From contig CANPXW010000002.1 in assembly GCA_947587025.1 (NCBI GenBank), positions 3,567 through 67,566 of the forward strand: 64,000 bases of DNA, given 5' to 3'. The notes under the pieces were generated by a model. It ran no database searches. It was given only the letters and a program-made list of their open reading frames with translations, and was not told the origin of the DNA. The stretch is from an uncultured Oscillospiraceae bacterium. GTDB lineage: Bacteria > Bacillota > Clostridia > Oscillospirales > Oscillospiraceae. This document shows positions 35,477 to 44,959 of the stretch, one piece after another; position 1 is the stretch's first letter, and the number at the start of each line of letters is the position of its first letter. The translations under genes and the position numbers were made by a program.

Positions 35477-36847
35477 TCATTCCGCCACAAAGGGTATCCC
35501 GTTTTCCGCCGCGTACACCTCCGCTGCGCTGCCCGCCTTGCCGTATATGGTCAGCGCCGGGCAATCTTCAAAAGCGCCCTCTTCGATCTCCGTCACGCTC
35601 TCCGGGATCGTGATCTTCTCCATATCTGTGCAGGAATAGAACGCCCCGGTCTTGATGACCTGCAGGCTCTCCGGCAGCTCCACGGAGGTGAGCGGGCCGC
35701 ACCTCGTAAACGCCAGCGTGCCTATGGTGGTGATCCCCTCTTCGATCACCAAACGCTCCAGCTTACCGTTGGTGCCGATACTGCCCCAAGTAACAGACCC
35801 CTTCCATTTTTCTGCGTCCTCCTCATCCAGGGCATCTGAGGGAAGTAAATGAAGACCACTCATATTTGGATATGCGTCTCTGCTGTTCCAGATCGGCCCG
35901 CTGCCGCTGACGGTCACCGTTCCCGCTCCGTCCCAGCTCCATACCGCGTCGTCCCCGCATCGCCAGCCCGGCTCTGCCTCGGCCATGAACACCATCTGAA
36001 GGTCTTGTCCCTCCTCCTCGTTGGGAAGATCGACGACATGGCAGGTGGCCCCCTCATCCATATCCACGATCAGATCATAGGGGTGCCAGCCGTCCTCAGA
36101 AACGATGGTGTACTTCCGCACCGTCCCATCCCCCTGCTCGCTCAAGTCCTCAACGAGGCTTTCCCGGAGCATGGAGAGGACAGTTCCGACGATCGTGCCG
36201 TTCGTGCCGTCCAGCTCCCCGCTCTCCGTTGGCACGAAAGTCACACCCGCATTGCCGCCGACCGCCAGGTAATGTCCCACCAGCTTCCAGTTCTCCGCCC
36301 GCTCCTCTGCCGGCGCGCCCACCGTCCACTGCTCCGTATCCATGTCGAAGGCGGCCTCCACCTGCCACGTCCTGGTCACGTCGCAGTATGTGTGCTCCTC
36401 CTCTGCCCTGTACGTGGCCGTGTCCCGGCCATCCTCCAGCGCCAGCTCCTCGCTCACCAGTTCCGCCTCCGCCGGGATGTCCGCCCGCATCATCTCCGCC
36501 GTGGGCCCCGCCAGCGGTTCGACCTTCCAGCTCTCCGTTTCGTATGCCTCCGTCTCATCCAGCAGCCATCCCTCATTGTACAGCCCGTAGGTCAGCGCAT
36601 AGCTCTCCCTATACGCCGCTGCCGGGCTCTCGTACGTCACCGCCACATACACCAGATCGGTCTTTTCCTTCTTGTCGGTCTGCCGCTTGATGATCTCCAT
36701 CCCGGTCATATCCACATCCCCGCTGGGCTTTGTCAGCTCCGCCGCCAGATCGGCCTTTATGTCCTCCTCCGACGCCGGCTCCTTTCCACACCCCGTCAGG
36801 CACAGCGCCGCCAGGACCGCCAGGACCAGAAGCACGCTCTTTTTCAT
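35477..36847 (-). CDS. Lipoprotein with C-terminal BspA-type leucine-rich repeats
   Basis: Lipobox LAALCLTGC. C-terminal repeats (ITTIGTLAFTRC, LQVIKTGAFYSC, VTEIEEGAFEDC). Confidence 0.7.
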   Translation of the reverse strand: MKKSVLLVLAVLAALCLTGCGKEPASEEDIKADLAAELTKPSGDVDMTGMEIIKRQTDKKEKTDLVYVAVTYESPAAAYRESYALTYGLYNEGWLLDETEAYETESWKVEPLAGPTAEMMRADIPAEAELVSEELALEDGRDTATYRAEEEHTYCDVTRTWQVEAAFDMDTEQWTVGAPAEERAENWKLVGHYLAVGGNAGVTFVPTESGELDGTNGTIVGTVLSMLRESLVEDLSEQGDGTVRKYTIVSEDGWHPYDLIVDMDEGATCHVVDLPNEEEGQDLQMVFMAEAEPGWRCGDDAVWSWDGAGTVTVSGSGPIWNSRDAYPNMSGLHLLPSDALDEEDAEKWKGSVTWGSIGTNGKLERLVIEEGITTIGTLAFTRCGPLTSVELPESLQVIKTGAFYSCTDMEKITIPESVTEIEEGAFEDCPALTIYGKAGSAAEVYAAENGIPFVAE

Positions 36848-36934
36848 GGTCGTTCTCCTTTTTTAGTTTTTCTGCATTATACCCCCCCGACGCTTTTACG
36901 CAAGTCTCTGTGAAAAGCGCCCCGCGCCAGCCGA

Positions 36935-36969
36935 CAAAAAACCGGGGACGTGACCGTCCCCGGTTTTTC
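36935..36969. terminator. Bidirectional intrinsic terminator after proS
   Basis: ACCGGGGACG TGAC CGTCCCCGGT 10-bp stem, flanked by AAAAAA and TTTTT. Confidence 0.85.
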
Positions 36970-36992
36970 CAATTTCTGCTCTTGTATCAGGT

Positions 36993-38423
36993 TTAATACG
37001 CCACGCCCCAGATGATCATGTGCTTGGCCGGCCGGCTGCAGCAGGGGCACACGTCCCCCAGCTTCTCCTGCTCGAAGGGGATGCACCGGCTGGAAACGCC
37101 GGCCAGCTCCTTCATCTTCTCCTCACAGGCGGTATCGCCGCACCACATGGTCTTGACGAAGCCGTCCATGGCCTTTTCCTTCACTTCCTCCACGGTCTGG
37201 GCGGGCCAGGTGTGGCTGTCCAGATTGGCCTTGGCCTTGTCGTATAGGCCCTTCTGCACGTCCTCCAGCAGCGCGGGGACCTTCTGCTCCAGCTCATCCA
37301 GGGGGATGAACGTCTTCTCGCCGTTGTCCCGGCGCACGGCTACGGCCTGGCCGCTCTCCAGGTCACGGGGCCCGATCTCCAGGCGCACAGGCACGCCCTT
37401 CATCTCGTACTCGGCGTACTTCCACCCGGGGCTGTTGTCGGAAAAGTCGCCCTTGGCCCGGATACCGGCATCCTGCAGCCGCTGCACGATCTGCTCGGCC
37501 GCCTCGGTGACGCCAGGCTTATGGGCGGCGATGGGCAGCACGATGACCTGCACGGGGGCCACATGGGGCGGCAGCACCAGGCCCCGGTCGTCGCCGTGGG
37601 TCATGATGAGCCCGCCGATGGTGCGGGTGGACAGGCCCCAGCTGGTCTGGTGGGGATAGCTGGCCTGATTGTTCTTATCCTGGAAGGTGATGTCGAAAGC
37701 CCTGGTGAAGCCGTCTCCGAAGTAGTGGCTGGTGCCGGACTGGAGGGCCTTGTGGTCATGCATCATGCACTCGATGGTATAGGTGTTCTCCGCCCCGGCG
37801 AACTTCTCCTTCTCGGTCTTGTTGCCCTTGATGACGGGCATGGCCAGCAGCTCCTCACAGCACCGGGCGTAGATGTCCAGCATCTGCAGGGTCTCCTCCC
37901 TGGCCTCGGCCTCGGTGGCGTGCAGGGTATGGCCCTCCTGCCAGAGGAACTCCCGGCCCCGCAGGAAGGGGCGCGTGGTCTTCTCCCAGCGCATGACGCT
38001 GCACCACTGGTTATACTTCATAGGCAGGTCCCGCCAGGAGTGGAGCACGTTTTTCCAGTGGTCGCAGAACAGCGTCTCGCTGGTGGGCCGCACGCACAGC
38101 CGCTCGGGCAGCTGCTCGCTGCCGCCCATGGTGACCCAGGCGCACTCGGGTGCGAAGCCCTCCACGTGGTCCTTCTCCCGCTGCAGCAGGCTCTCGGGGA
38201 TGAGCATGGGCATGGACACGTTTTCGTGTCCGGTGCGCTTGAACTCTCTGTCCAGCCACGCCTGGATATTCTCCCAGATGGCGTAGCCATAGGGCCGCAG
38301 CACGAACAGGCCCTTCACGCCGGAGTAATCTATCAGCTGCGCCTTGGTGCACACGTCGGTGTACCACTGGGCAAAATCGTCCTCCATGGAGGTGATCTGG
38401 GTCACCTGTTTATCCTTCGCCAT
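36993..38423 (-). CDS. proS: Proline--tRNA ligase (archaeal/eukaryote-like type)
   Basis: 476 aa. MAKDKQVTQITSMEDDFAQWY N-terminus, class II core, C-terminal Cys-containing domain ending WGVAY. Confidence 0.95.
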   Translation of the reverse strand: MAKDKQVTQITSMEDDFAQWYTDVCTKAQLIDYSGVKGLFVLRPYGYAIWENIQAWLDREFKRTGHENVSMPMLIPESLLQREKDHVEGFAPECAWVTMGGSEQLPERLCVRPTSETLFCDHWKNVLHSWRDLPMKYNQWCSVMRWEKTTRPFLRGREFLWQEGHTLHATEAEAREETLQMLDIYARCCEELLAMPVIKGNKTEKEKFAGAENTYTIECMMHDHKALQSGTSHYFGDGFTRAFDITFQDKNNQASYPHQTSWGLSTRTIGGLIMTHGDDRGLVLPPHVAPVQVIVLPIAAHKPGVTEAAEQIVQRLQDAGIRAKGDFSDNSPGWKYAEYEMKGVPVRLEIGPRDLESGQAVAVRRDNGEKTFIPLDELEQKVPALLEDVQKGLYDKAKANLDSHTWPAQTVEEVKEKAMDGFVKTMWCGDTACEEKMKELAGVSSRCIPFEQEKLGDVCPCCSRPAKHMIIWGVAY

Positions 38424-38459
38424 AGCACGAGACCTCTTTTTCCTGAATTTGACCCATCT

Positions 38460-38488
38460 ATTTTATAGTTGCCAAAGCGCATTGTCAA
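38460..38488 (-). promoter_or_regulatory. Sigma-A-type promoter candidate for proS
   Basis: The minus strand reads TTGACA (38488-38483), a 17-nt spacer, then TAAAAT (38465-38460). Confidence 0.5.
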
Positions 38489-38496
38489 GCCAAGAC

Positions 38497-38525
38497 TTGA
38501 CCGGGCGGCCATTTCACTTTATAAT
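38497..38525 (+). promoter_or_regulatory. Sigma-A-type promoter candidate for the 38570 gene
   Basis: TTGACC (38497-38502), 17-nt spacer, TATAAT (38520-38525). Confidence 0.6.
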
Positions 38526-38569
38526 ATGTGATGTATGGCCGCATTTCGCGGCGTTGAAAGGAACTGCCT

Positions 38570-39571
38570 ATGAACAAGCCCCAATACCTGGCGGAGCTGA
38601 GCCAGCTTCTCATCTTCATGACCCGCGCCGACCGGGAGAAGACCCTGGGCCGCTACGGCGCGCTGTTCGACGCAGCCGGTCCGGAGGGACAGCAGGCGCT
38701 GCTGGAAAAGCTGGGCTCCACCACCCGCCAGGCCATTCGCCTGAGCCGCATATACGATGCCGACGGCTATGAGGACGAGCTTCTGGACGCGCTGGAAGCC
38801 CAGGCCCCCGCCGCACCGACGCCGGAGGCCGAGGCCGCGCCGGAGACCGAGGCGGAGCAGCTGGCCGCCCGCATCAGGGAGGATCTGCCCCAGTTCGATC
38901 TGGACGATCTGCCCGACCTGGCCGCCCTGCCGGACGAGCCGGCTCCCGCCCCGGAGCCTGAGCCGGAGCCCGCGCCCGAGCGGAAGCCCGAGGCCGCCAA
39001 GGAGCCGGAGCAGAAGCCCGAGGCTGAAAAGTCCGCGCCCGAGCAGACCGCGCCGGCCAAGCCGGCCGCCGACCCTGCATACGAGGAGCTATGGGGCAAG
39101 CGCCCCGAACCGGCCAAGCCGGCGGAGACCTCCGCCCCCGGACCGGAGCCCGTGCCCGCCGACGCGCCGGAGGAGTCCCGGCAGGCTCCCGCTCCCGCCG
39201 CGCCCCAGACCTTCCAGGCGGTGGAGCGGGTGATACCCCTGTGGGCCGGACTGCCGCTGTTCCTGCTGTCCGTCATTTTCCTGGTGTTACCGCTGGTGCT
39301 GTTGGGGCTGCTGCTGATACCGGCGCTGCTGATACCGGGCGCCGTGATACTGCTGGGCGCATTCCTGGCGGTGATAGGCGGCCTGTGGTGCATCAGCATC
39401 ATCGCAGACGCGGCGGTGCTTTTCGGCGCGGCGCTCATACTGCTGGCCCTGGGCCTGATCGTCCTGTGGCTCGGTCTGTGGACAGACGTGGCCATGGTCA
39501 CGGGCTTTTCCAAGGCCCTGCTGGGTCTGGCGGACCTGACCCTGGGAAAGAAGGTGACCATCCATGCGTAA
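38570..39571 (+). CDS. Membrane protein with a DUF1700-like N-terminal domain, Pro/Glu/Ala-rich linker and C-terminal TM bundle
   Basis: MNKPQYLAELSQLLIFMTRADREKTLGRYGALF resembles DUF1700. Low-complexity PEPEPEPAPE region. Three or four C-terminal TM segments. Confidence 0.55.
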   Translation: MNKPQYLAELSQLLIFMTRADREKTLGRYGALFDAAGPEGQQALLEKLGSTTRQAIRLSRIYDADGYEDELLDALEAQAPAAPTPEAEAAPETEAEQLAARIREDLPQFDLDDLPDLAALPDEPAPAPEPEPEPAPERKPEAAKEPEQKPEAEKSAPEQTAPAKPAADPAYEELWGKRPEPAKPAETSAPGPEPVPADAPEESRQAPAPAAPQTFQAVERVIPLWAGLPLFLLSVIFLVLPLVLLGLLLIPALLIPGAVILLGAFLAVIGGLWCISIIADAAVLFGAALILLALGLIVLWLGLWTDVAMVTGFSKALLGLADLTLGKKVTIHA

Positions 39572-39812
39572 GAACTCCGTCATGCGCAGGGGTTGGCGCG
39601 TGATCACCGGCATCGCCCTGGTGTGCTTTCTGGTGGGCATAGTCGCCGTGGCGGTAGGCTTTTTCACCGGCAGCTCTCCCACAGCGCTGCGGGCCCACGG
39701 CTCCCTGACCGAATACGGCAGCCGTCTGGAGACCAACTGGGCCATCCTCAGGCAGGACCTGGAGAGCATCCGCCAGTCCCTGGTCCGTCTGCTCAGCTAT
39801 CTCCCGTTCTGA
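39564..39812 (+). CDS. Small membrane protein (82 aa), hypothetical
   Basis: 8-nt overlap with the upstream gene. One TM segment (ITGIALVCFLVGIVAVAVGFF). Confidence 0.45.
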   Translation: MRKNSVMRRGWRVITGIALVCFLVGIVAVAVGFFTGSSPTALRAHGSLTEYGSRLETNWAILRQDLESIRQSLVRLLSYLPF

Positions 39813-39819
39813 CGCAAAA

Positions 39820-39843
39820 GGCGCGGTGCTCACGCACCGCGCC
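39820..39843 (+). terminator. GC-rich hairpin after the small membrane gene (probable terminator, weak T-tract)
   Basis: GGCGCGGTGC TCAC GCACCGCGCC 10-bp stem. Confidence 0.5.
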
Positions 39844-39884
39844 TTACCATATTTTACAGGCCGATCTGCGCGCCCCATTATCCG

Positions 39885-39939
39885 GCCCCCTCTGACGAGG
39901 GGCTGTCAGCGCCATTGGCGCTGACTGGGGGAGAGATAC
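39885..39939. repeat. Intergenic nested-palindrome repeat, copy A
   Basis: GCCCCCTCTGACGAGGGGCTGTCAGCGCCATTGGCGCTGACTGGGGGAGAGATAC. A near-identical copy lies at 46046-46102. It contains a GTCAGCGCC/GGCGCTGAC 9-bp stem and a CCCTC/GAGGG stem. Confidence 0.8.
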
Positions 39940-39963
39940 GCCCCTCTCCGGCGCGTCTGTATG

Positions 39964-40731
39964 CTATTCGTACTTCTTTCCCGGTACGTACACCGCCGCC
40001 AGCAGTCCGGCCAGGGACGCCATGGGCAGCCACTGGGCCAACGGCCCCGGCCCCAGCAGCGCTTTGGCCAGCATGCATACCGCCCCGCTGCCGGTCATGG
40101 TCAGCAGGCACCACACCCGCACCCAGCGCAGGATATGGGGCCAGTTCCGGTTGTTGAAGCGCACCCCCGGCACATTCATGCGCATGGGTCCGTCGTAATA
40201 AAACCCCAGCCGGTCCACGTCGTGGTACCAGGGCAGGCGGGTCTTTGCCAGCAGGCAGAAGTACAGCCCGAACCCGGCGGCCAGGCCCGTCAGCAGCGCC
40301 GCCGGGTAGTACACGGCCCAGTGGGCGGCGTCATAAAGCATCCCCCGGACCAGCCACGCTCCCTCCGCCAGGGCCGGCGCCAGGCACAGTCCGTACCGCA
40401 GGCCCCACTTTTTCCGGTCCGGTCCGCCCCGGGCCGTTTTTTCCCCGGACAGGGCCAGGGCTCTGCGCACCAGCGCCTCCGCCTCGTCGGCGCTCACCGG
40501 CTCCGACCGCTCCAGCCGCCGGCCCTCCAGCAGCTCCGTCACCGTCACCTCCAGGGCCTCTGCCAGGGGGATGAGCAGGGTTATATCGGGCAGTCCCGCG
40601 CCCCGCTCCCATTTGGAAACGGCCTTGTCGGAGACGTATATCCGGTCCGCCAGCTGCTTTTGTGTCAGACCCTTTTCCCTTCGCAGCTGGGCCACGAAAG
40701 CCCCCAGCTTTGCCCGGTCGAGCTCCTGCAT
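39964..40731 (-). CDS. XRE-family HTH transcriptional regulator fused to a C-terminal membrane domain
   Basis: LRREKGLTQKQLADRIYVSDKAVSKWERG HTH motif. Four predicted TM segments. ATG 40731 follows GAGGTGAGG. Confidence 0.8.
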   Translation of the reverse strand: MQELDRAKLGAFVAQLRREKGLTQKQLADRIYVSDKAVSKWERGAGLPDITLLIPLAEALEVTVTELLEGRRLERSEPVSADEAEALVRRALALSGEKTARGGPDRKKWGLRYGLCLAPALAEGAWLVRGMLYDAAHWAVYYPAALLTGLAAGFGLYFCLLAKTRLPWYHDVDRLGFYYDGPMRMNVPGVRFNNRNWPHILRWVRVWCLLTMTGSGAVCMLAKALLGPGPLAQWLPMASLAGLLAAVYVPGKKYE

Positions 40732-40795
40732 ATGCCTCACCTCGCGCCCATCATACCCGGCCGCGCCCCTCTTCGCAACCGACGGAGCGTAGAGC

Positions 40796-41500
40796 TCACC
40801 CCAGCAGGGGCTTTTTCTTGATCTGGGCCCACCGGCGGGGGTACTGGACCGGCGTGGCCCTCACCTTCTCCATGACCACCAGCGCGTGGACCACTTCCGT
40901 GCCCGGCACGGTATAGCGCTTTATATCCCGTATCCGTCCCCCCAGGGCGCGGACGGCAAAGTCCCCCCGGCCGACCTCCTCGTCGCAGTCGGGCTTTTTC
41001 ATGGCCAAAAACAGCCCGCCCGCCTTCACCAGGGGCAGGCACAGCTCTGCCAGCAGGGGCAGCTCCGCCACCGCCCGGCTCACGGCGATGTCGAAGCTCT
41101 CCCGCAGCCGGGGAAGCTCCTCCGCCCGGCCCCACAGGCACGTCACGTCCTCCAGCCCCAGGGCGGCGCAGCTATCCCGCACGAAATCCACCTTCTTGCC
41201 CACGCTGTCCACCACGGTCAGGCGCACGTCCGGCCGCAGGATGCGCAGGGGCACGCCGGGAAAGCCTGCCCCGGAGCCCACGTCTATCACGCTTTTGCCG
41301 GCAAAGTCCGCCAGCGTCAGCAGCGCGGCGCTGTCCAGAAAGTGCAGCCGGGCCGCCTCGTCCGCGTCCCGGATGGCGGTCAGGTTCGTGACCCGGTTGA
41401 CGTCCATCAGCCGCGCGCCGTACGCCGCCAGCGCGTCGAGCTGCCCCTCGTCCGCCGGCACGCCCAGGTCCGCCAGCCCCTGTCTGAGAAGTTCCTTCAT
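40796..41500 (-). CDS. rsmG: 16S rRNA (guanine527-N7)-methyltransferase
   Basis: VNRVTNLTAI and the SAM motif IDVGSGAGFPG. Confidence 0.9.
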   Translation of the reverse strand: MKELLRQGLADLGVPADEGQLDALAAYGARLMDVNRVTNLTAIRDADEAARLHFLDSAALLTLADFAGKSVIDVGSGAGFPGVPLRILRPDVRLTVVDSVGKKVDFVRDSCAALGLEDVTCLWGRAEELPRLRESFDIAVSRAVAELPLLAELCLPLVKAGGLFLAMKKPDCDEEVGRGDFAVRALGGRIRDIKRYTVPGTEVVHALVVMEKVRATPVQYPRRWAQIKKKPLLG

Positions 41501-41514
41501 ACTGTCCCTCACAG

Positions 41515-41544
41515 AAAAAAGCACGCCCTCCGGCGTGCTTTTTT
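41515..41544. terminator. Bidirectional intrinsic terminator
   Basis: GCACGCC CTCC GGCGTGC stem, flanked by AAAAAA and TTTTTT. Confidence 0.75.
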
Positions 41545-41595
41545 ATTTCGTTATCCTTACGCCTGTCGGCAGTATACCACAGGCCCCGGCCGCTA

Positions 41596-42516
41596 TCAAG
41601 CGTCCGCGCTGTAGAACTGCAGATCGCCCACGCTGGCCACCTGCTCGAACCCCGCGCCCATATCGTTCTGGGCCACATAGGCCGCGCCGTTGGTCAGGTC
41701 GTACCCCTCCAGCGCCAGCTTGGCGGCGATGACGGAGGCCTCGTCCGGCTCCACATAGATCATGCCGGTGGTGACCACCTCGAACTGGTTCTTGGCGAAG
41801 ACCACCTCGTAGATGTTGCTCTGCCCGGCGAAGCGCTCGTCCCCCAGCCGGTTGACGCATACATCGCCCACGGCGATCTTGGCATCCATGGGCTCGTCAG
41901 CGGCCATGGCGAAGATCAGCCGGCTGAGCCAGTAGACGTCCGCCTCGTTGTAATACGCGGTCCCCTCGGCAATGGGATCGACGTCGACGCTGTCCAGGTC
42001 GATGGTCCACTTTGCCCGGTCCCAGTAGGCCGTCAGGCCCATGCACCGCACCAGCTGCTCCATAGGCAGGGCCACGGCCCCGTCGACGAGGCGCACGCCG
42101 TGCTCCAGATAGAGGTACCGGCCGTTGCACATCAGGTAGTTCTGGTCCGTCTGGGCCAGGAGCATGAGCTTGTCCATGGCGAGGGACACGCCCATGCCGT
42201 TATCCACGATCTGGGCGTCCAGGCCCAGCGCCTGACAGAAGTCCGCCACGCCCATGTAGGGCTCGCCGTCTATCACGGCGCACACGCCGGCCTGCTCGCC
42301 CATGACGTACAGCGGTACGCTCATGCGGTTATCGGCGGCGGTGGGGGCGGGGGACGCCTCGCCCAGCACCACGAAGGTGGCCTCCGGCTGCTCGGCCACA
42401 TAGGCGGTCTCGTCGATAGCGTCCGCTCTGGTAAAGACCGTCTGGCTCATCACGCCCAAGGCAAGGCAGACCGCGCATACGATCGCCGCTATTTTCACGA
42501 ACCACCGACTCTTCAT
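41596..42516 (-). CDS. Cell wall hydrolase (SleB/CwlJ Hydrolase_2 domain) with an N-terminal copper-amine-oxidase-like stalk domain
   Basis: C-terminal LSRLIFAMAADEPMDAKIAVGDVCVNRL...FAKNQFEVV matches the SleB-type domain. Signal peptide present. Confidence 0.75.
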   Translation of the reverse strand: MKSRWFVKIAAIVCAVCLALGVMSQTVFTRADAIDETAYVAEQPEATFVVLGEASPAPTAADNRMSVPLYVMGEQAGVCAVIDGEPYMGVADFCQALGLDAQIVDNGMGVSLAMDKLMLLAQTDQNYLMCNGRYLYLEHGVRLVDGAVALPMEQLVRCMGLTAYWDRAKWTIDLDSVDVDPIAEGTAYYNEADVYWLSRLIFAMAADEPMDAKIAVGDVCVNRLGDERFAGQSNIYEVVFAKNQFEVVTTGMIYVEPDEASVIAAKLALEGYDLTNGAAYVAQNDMGAGFEQVASVGDLQFYSADA

Positions 42517-42845
42517 ACGGGCTGCCTCCCTTCACAGATACCAAAATGCAGGAACTAATATCCCAAAATTCATTTTCAGTAACTGTATTATATCTGAAAG
42601 GAAAGCAATAAAACAATCGGCATTGTGTCAAAAAGACAGCTTTTTAAATTGGAAATTGTAACAAACGCACAATAGATTGTGTCATTTTTCTGCAAATACG
42701 CCGAATTTTCTTCTATATCTTGTGTTTTGCAATTGGAAAAATTTGGTATTCGTCCAAAAATTCGACAGAAATTTCCAATAAATCGCCATCCGACTGGTGC
42801 CGGGACGCCGGATTATGTCTACAAAAATACAATTTTTCTTGCAGA

Positions 42846-43088
42846 TTATGTTAACTGTTTCAGCGCCTTTGCAAGCTGATCGGGGCAGGAAGTGGGCTTT
42901 GAGCCGCAGCGGATGCCCTCCAGGCGGGATATGGCCTCTTTCACGTCCATTCCCTCCACCAGCCGGGTGATTCCCTGGAGATTCCCGTTGCAGCCCCCCA
43001 CCACCTCCACACTTTTGATAACGCCGTCTTCGGCCTCGATGGTCATCTGGCGGGAGCAAACGCCCTGGGGCCTGTAAGTCACTTTCAT
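42846..43088 (-). CDS. TIGR03905-family TSCPD-domain protein
   Basis: 80 aa; GGCNGNLQGI and CGSKPTSCPDQLA motifs. Confidence 0.8.
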   Translation of the reverse strand: MKVTYRPQGVCSRQMTIEAEDGVIKSVEVVGGCNGNLQGITRLVEGMDVKEAISRLEGIRCGSKPTSCPDQLAKALKQLT

Positions 43089-43187
43089 TTTTTATGTTTT
43101 CTCCTTTCTGTTGTTCACATCTTTGGTATATTCTCCCTCCGGCGCGCATATACATATATGTCTATACATCCGAAAGGGGGCTTCCCT

Positions 43188-44426
43188 GTGAAGTTCAAGC
43201 TGTTTTCTCTGGTCCTGCTGCTGGTCTGCTTTGCCCTTTTGGGGGTATTGTCCGGCGTGATACCGGTGACGGACCGGGACGCGGTCCAGGTGTTCCGCCA
43301 GGTACTGGATCCCGACGGCTCACCCGTTGCGGAGGACGCGCGGCCCTCTGCCACGCCCCGGGCGGTGGTACCGCCCACGCCCCGGCTGGCGGGAACGGCC
43401 GCGCCCATCTCCACCGCCGTCATCGCCGCGCCCACGGCGGTGCCCGTCACGGCCACGCCGGCGCCGGCCAGACGGACGGTCTCCGTGAGCCAGAGCCCGT
43501 CGCCTTCCCCGGAAAACACAGCCCCATCCTCCCCGGCGCCATCCGCCGCTGGCGGCGAAGATGAGCCGGAGCCTCTTCCCGTCACCGCCGCGCCCACACG
43601 CACGCCCGCGCCTTCGGCGGAGCCAACGGCCACGCCGGCGGCCGTCGTCCACGGCTGGGAGCCGGAGGCGGAGGTGGTCGCCACCACCATCACCTGGCAG
43701 GATCCGGTACGGAACGACACGGACATAGACCTGCAGGACATATCTCTTCCGGAGCAGGAGGGCCTGCCGATCACCCTGCCCGATCACGGCGCGCAGATCC
43801 TGATCATCCACACCCACGGCACGGAGGCGTACACCCCCGACGGAGAGGACCAGTACGAGGCCACCGCCGACTACCGGACCATCGACCCCGGCCACACGGT
43901 GATACGGGTGGGCCAGGCGCTGGCCCAGGCGCTGGAGAACTACGGTCTGCGGGTCGTCGTGGACACGGAGCTGTACGACTGGCCCAGCTACAACGGCTCT
44001 TACGGCCGGGCGGAGCAGGCCATACGGCAGTACCTGGAGCAGGACCCGGACATCGCCATGATCATCGATCTGCACCGGGACGCGCTGGGGACCGACGAGG
44101 TGATGTACAAGACCGTGTCGGACGAGCTGGACGAGAGCGCCGCGCAGCTGATGTTCGTGGTAGGCACGGACGAGAACCTGGAGCACCCCAACTGGCGGCA
44201 GAACCTGGCCTTCGCCCTGAGCCTGCAGGAGCTGGTGGAGGAAAAGTACCCCCATCTGACCCGTCCCACGCTGGTGTGTCCCTATCGGTACAACCAGCAG
44301 TTCACCCCCGGCAGCATCCTGCTGGAGATCGGCACGGCGGGCAACACCCTGCAGGAGGCGATCACGGCGGCGGAGCTGTTTGCCGACGCGGTGGGGCCCG
44401 CGCTGGCCGGACAGACGGATGAATAA
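43188..44426 (+). CDS. spoIIP: Stage II sporulation protein P
   Basis: ILIIHTHGTEAY, IIDLHRDA and PGSILLEIG motifs. Probable GTG start at 43188 after GAAAGGGGG; an upstream in-frame ATG at 43158 is the alternative. Confidence 0.85.
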   Translation: MKFKLFSLVLLLVCFALLGVLSGVIPVTDRDAVQVFRQVLDPDGSPVAEDARPSATPRAVVPPTPRLAGTAAPISTAVIAAPTAVPVTATPAPARRTVSVSQSPSPSPENTAPSSPAPSAAGGEDEPEPLPVTAAPTRTPAPSAEPTATPAAVVHGWEPEAEVVATTITWQDPVRNDTDIDLQDISLPEQEGLPITLPDHGAQILIIHTHGTEAYTPDGEDQYEATADYRTIDPGHTVIRVGQALAQALENYGLRVVVDTELYDWPSYNGSYGRAEQAIRQYLEQDPDIAMIIDLHRDALGTDEVMYKTVSDELDESAAQLMFVVGTDENLEHPNWRQNLAFALSLQELVEEKYPHLTRPTLVCPYRYNQQFTPGSILLEIGTAGNTLQEAITAAELFADAVGPALAGQTDE

Positions 44427-44498
44427 AAACCGCCTGCCCGGGGCATACTGTGAACGGGACCGCTGGCTGTTACATAGTATACCATAGGGAGGCGCAAA

Positions 44499-44930
44499 AT
44501 GAAAGTAGCAGAGATCATGAGCCGGAACGTGGTGTCCGTCGACCAGAGGGAGCCGGTGACGGCGGCGGCGCGGCTGATGAAGCGGCACAACCTGGGGGCG
44601 CTGCCGGTGTGCGACGGCGAGGGCCGTCTGCGGGGGCTGGTGACGGACCGGGACATCGTGACCCGCTGCATCGCCATGGACTACGACCCCACAGACACCA
44701 TGCTGCGGGAGATCATGACCCGGGGCATCACCACCTGCGCCCCGGAGGACGCCGCCGACGCGGCGGCAGCCCGGATGGGCCGGGAGCAGATACGCCGTCT
44801 GCCGGTGACGGCGGACGGCAAACTGGTGGGGATGCTGAGCCTGGCGGACGTAGCCCGCCGGGGTCGGCTGACCATGGAGGCGGCCTCCGCCCTGGCCGAC
44901 CTGTCCGCCAACATCCGCCGGGGCCAATAA
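44499..44930 (+). CDS. CBS-pair domain protein
   Basis: Two CBS repeats (MSRNVVSV...LPVCD; MTRGITTC...LPVT). Confidence 0.85.
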   Translation: MKVAEIMSRNVVSVDQREPVTAAARLMKRHNLGALPVCDGEGRLRGLVTDRDIVTRCIAMDYDPTDTMLREIMTRGITTCAPEDAADAAAARMGREQIRRLPVTADGKLVGMLSLADVARRGRLTMEAASALADLSANIRRGQ

Positions 44931-44959
44931 AAAAACAAGCCCGAATGGGCTTGTTTTTT
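44929..44959. terminator. Bidirectional intrinsic terminator
   Basis: AAAAAA CAAGCCC GAAT GGGCTTG TTTTTT. Confidence 0.85.

Noticed and set aside
38424-38569. T-box leaders upstream of proS (and metG).
   Set aside because: The proS leader is only ~146 nt, is shared with a divergent promoter, and has no specifier-loop or T-box sequence (AGAGA...GGTGGTACCGCG-like) that I can see. metG follows the VanW gene by 28 nt and so has no leader.
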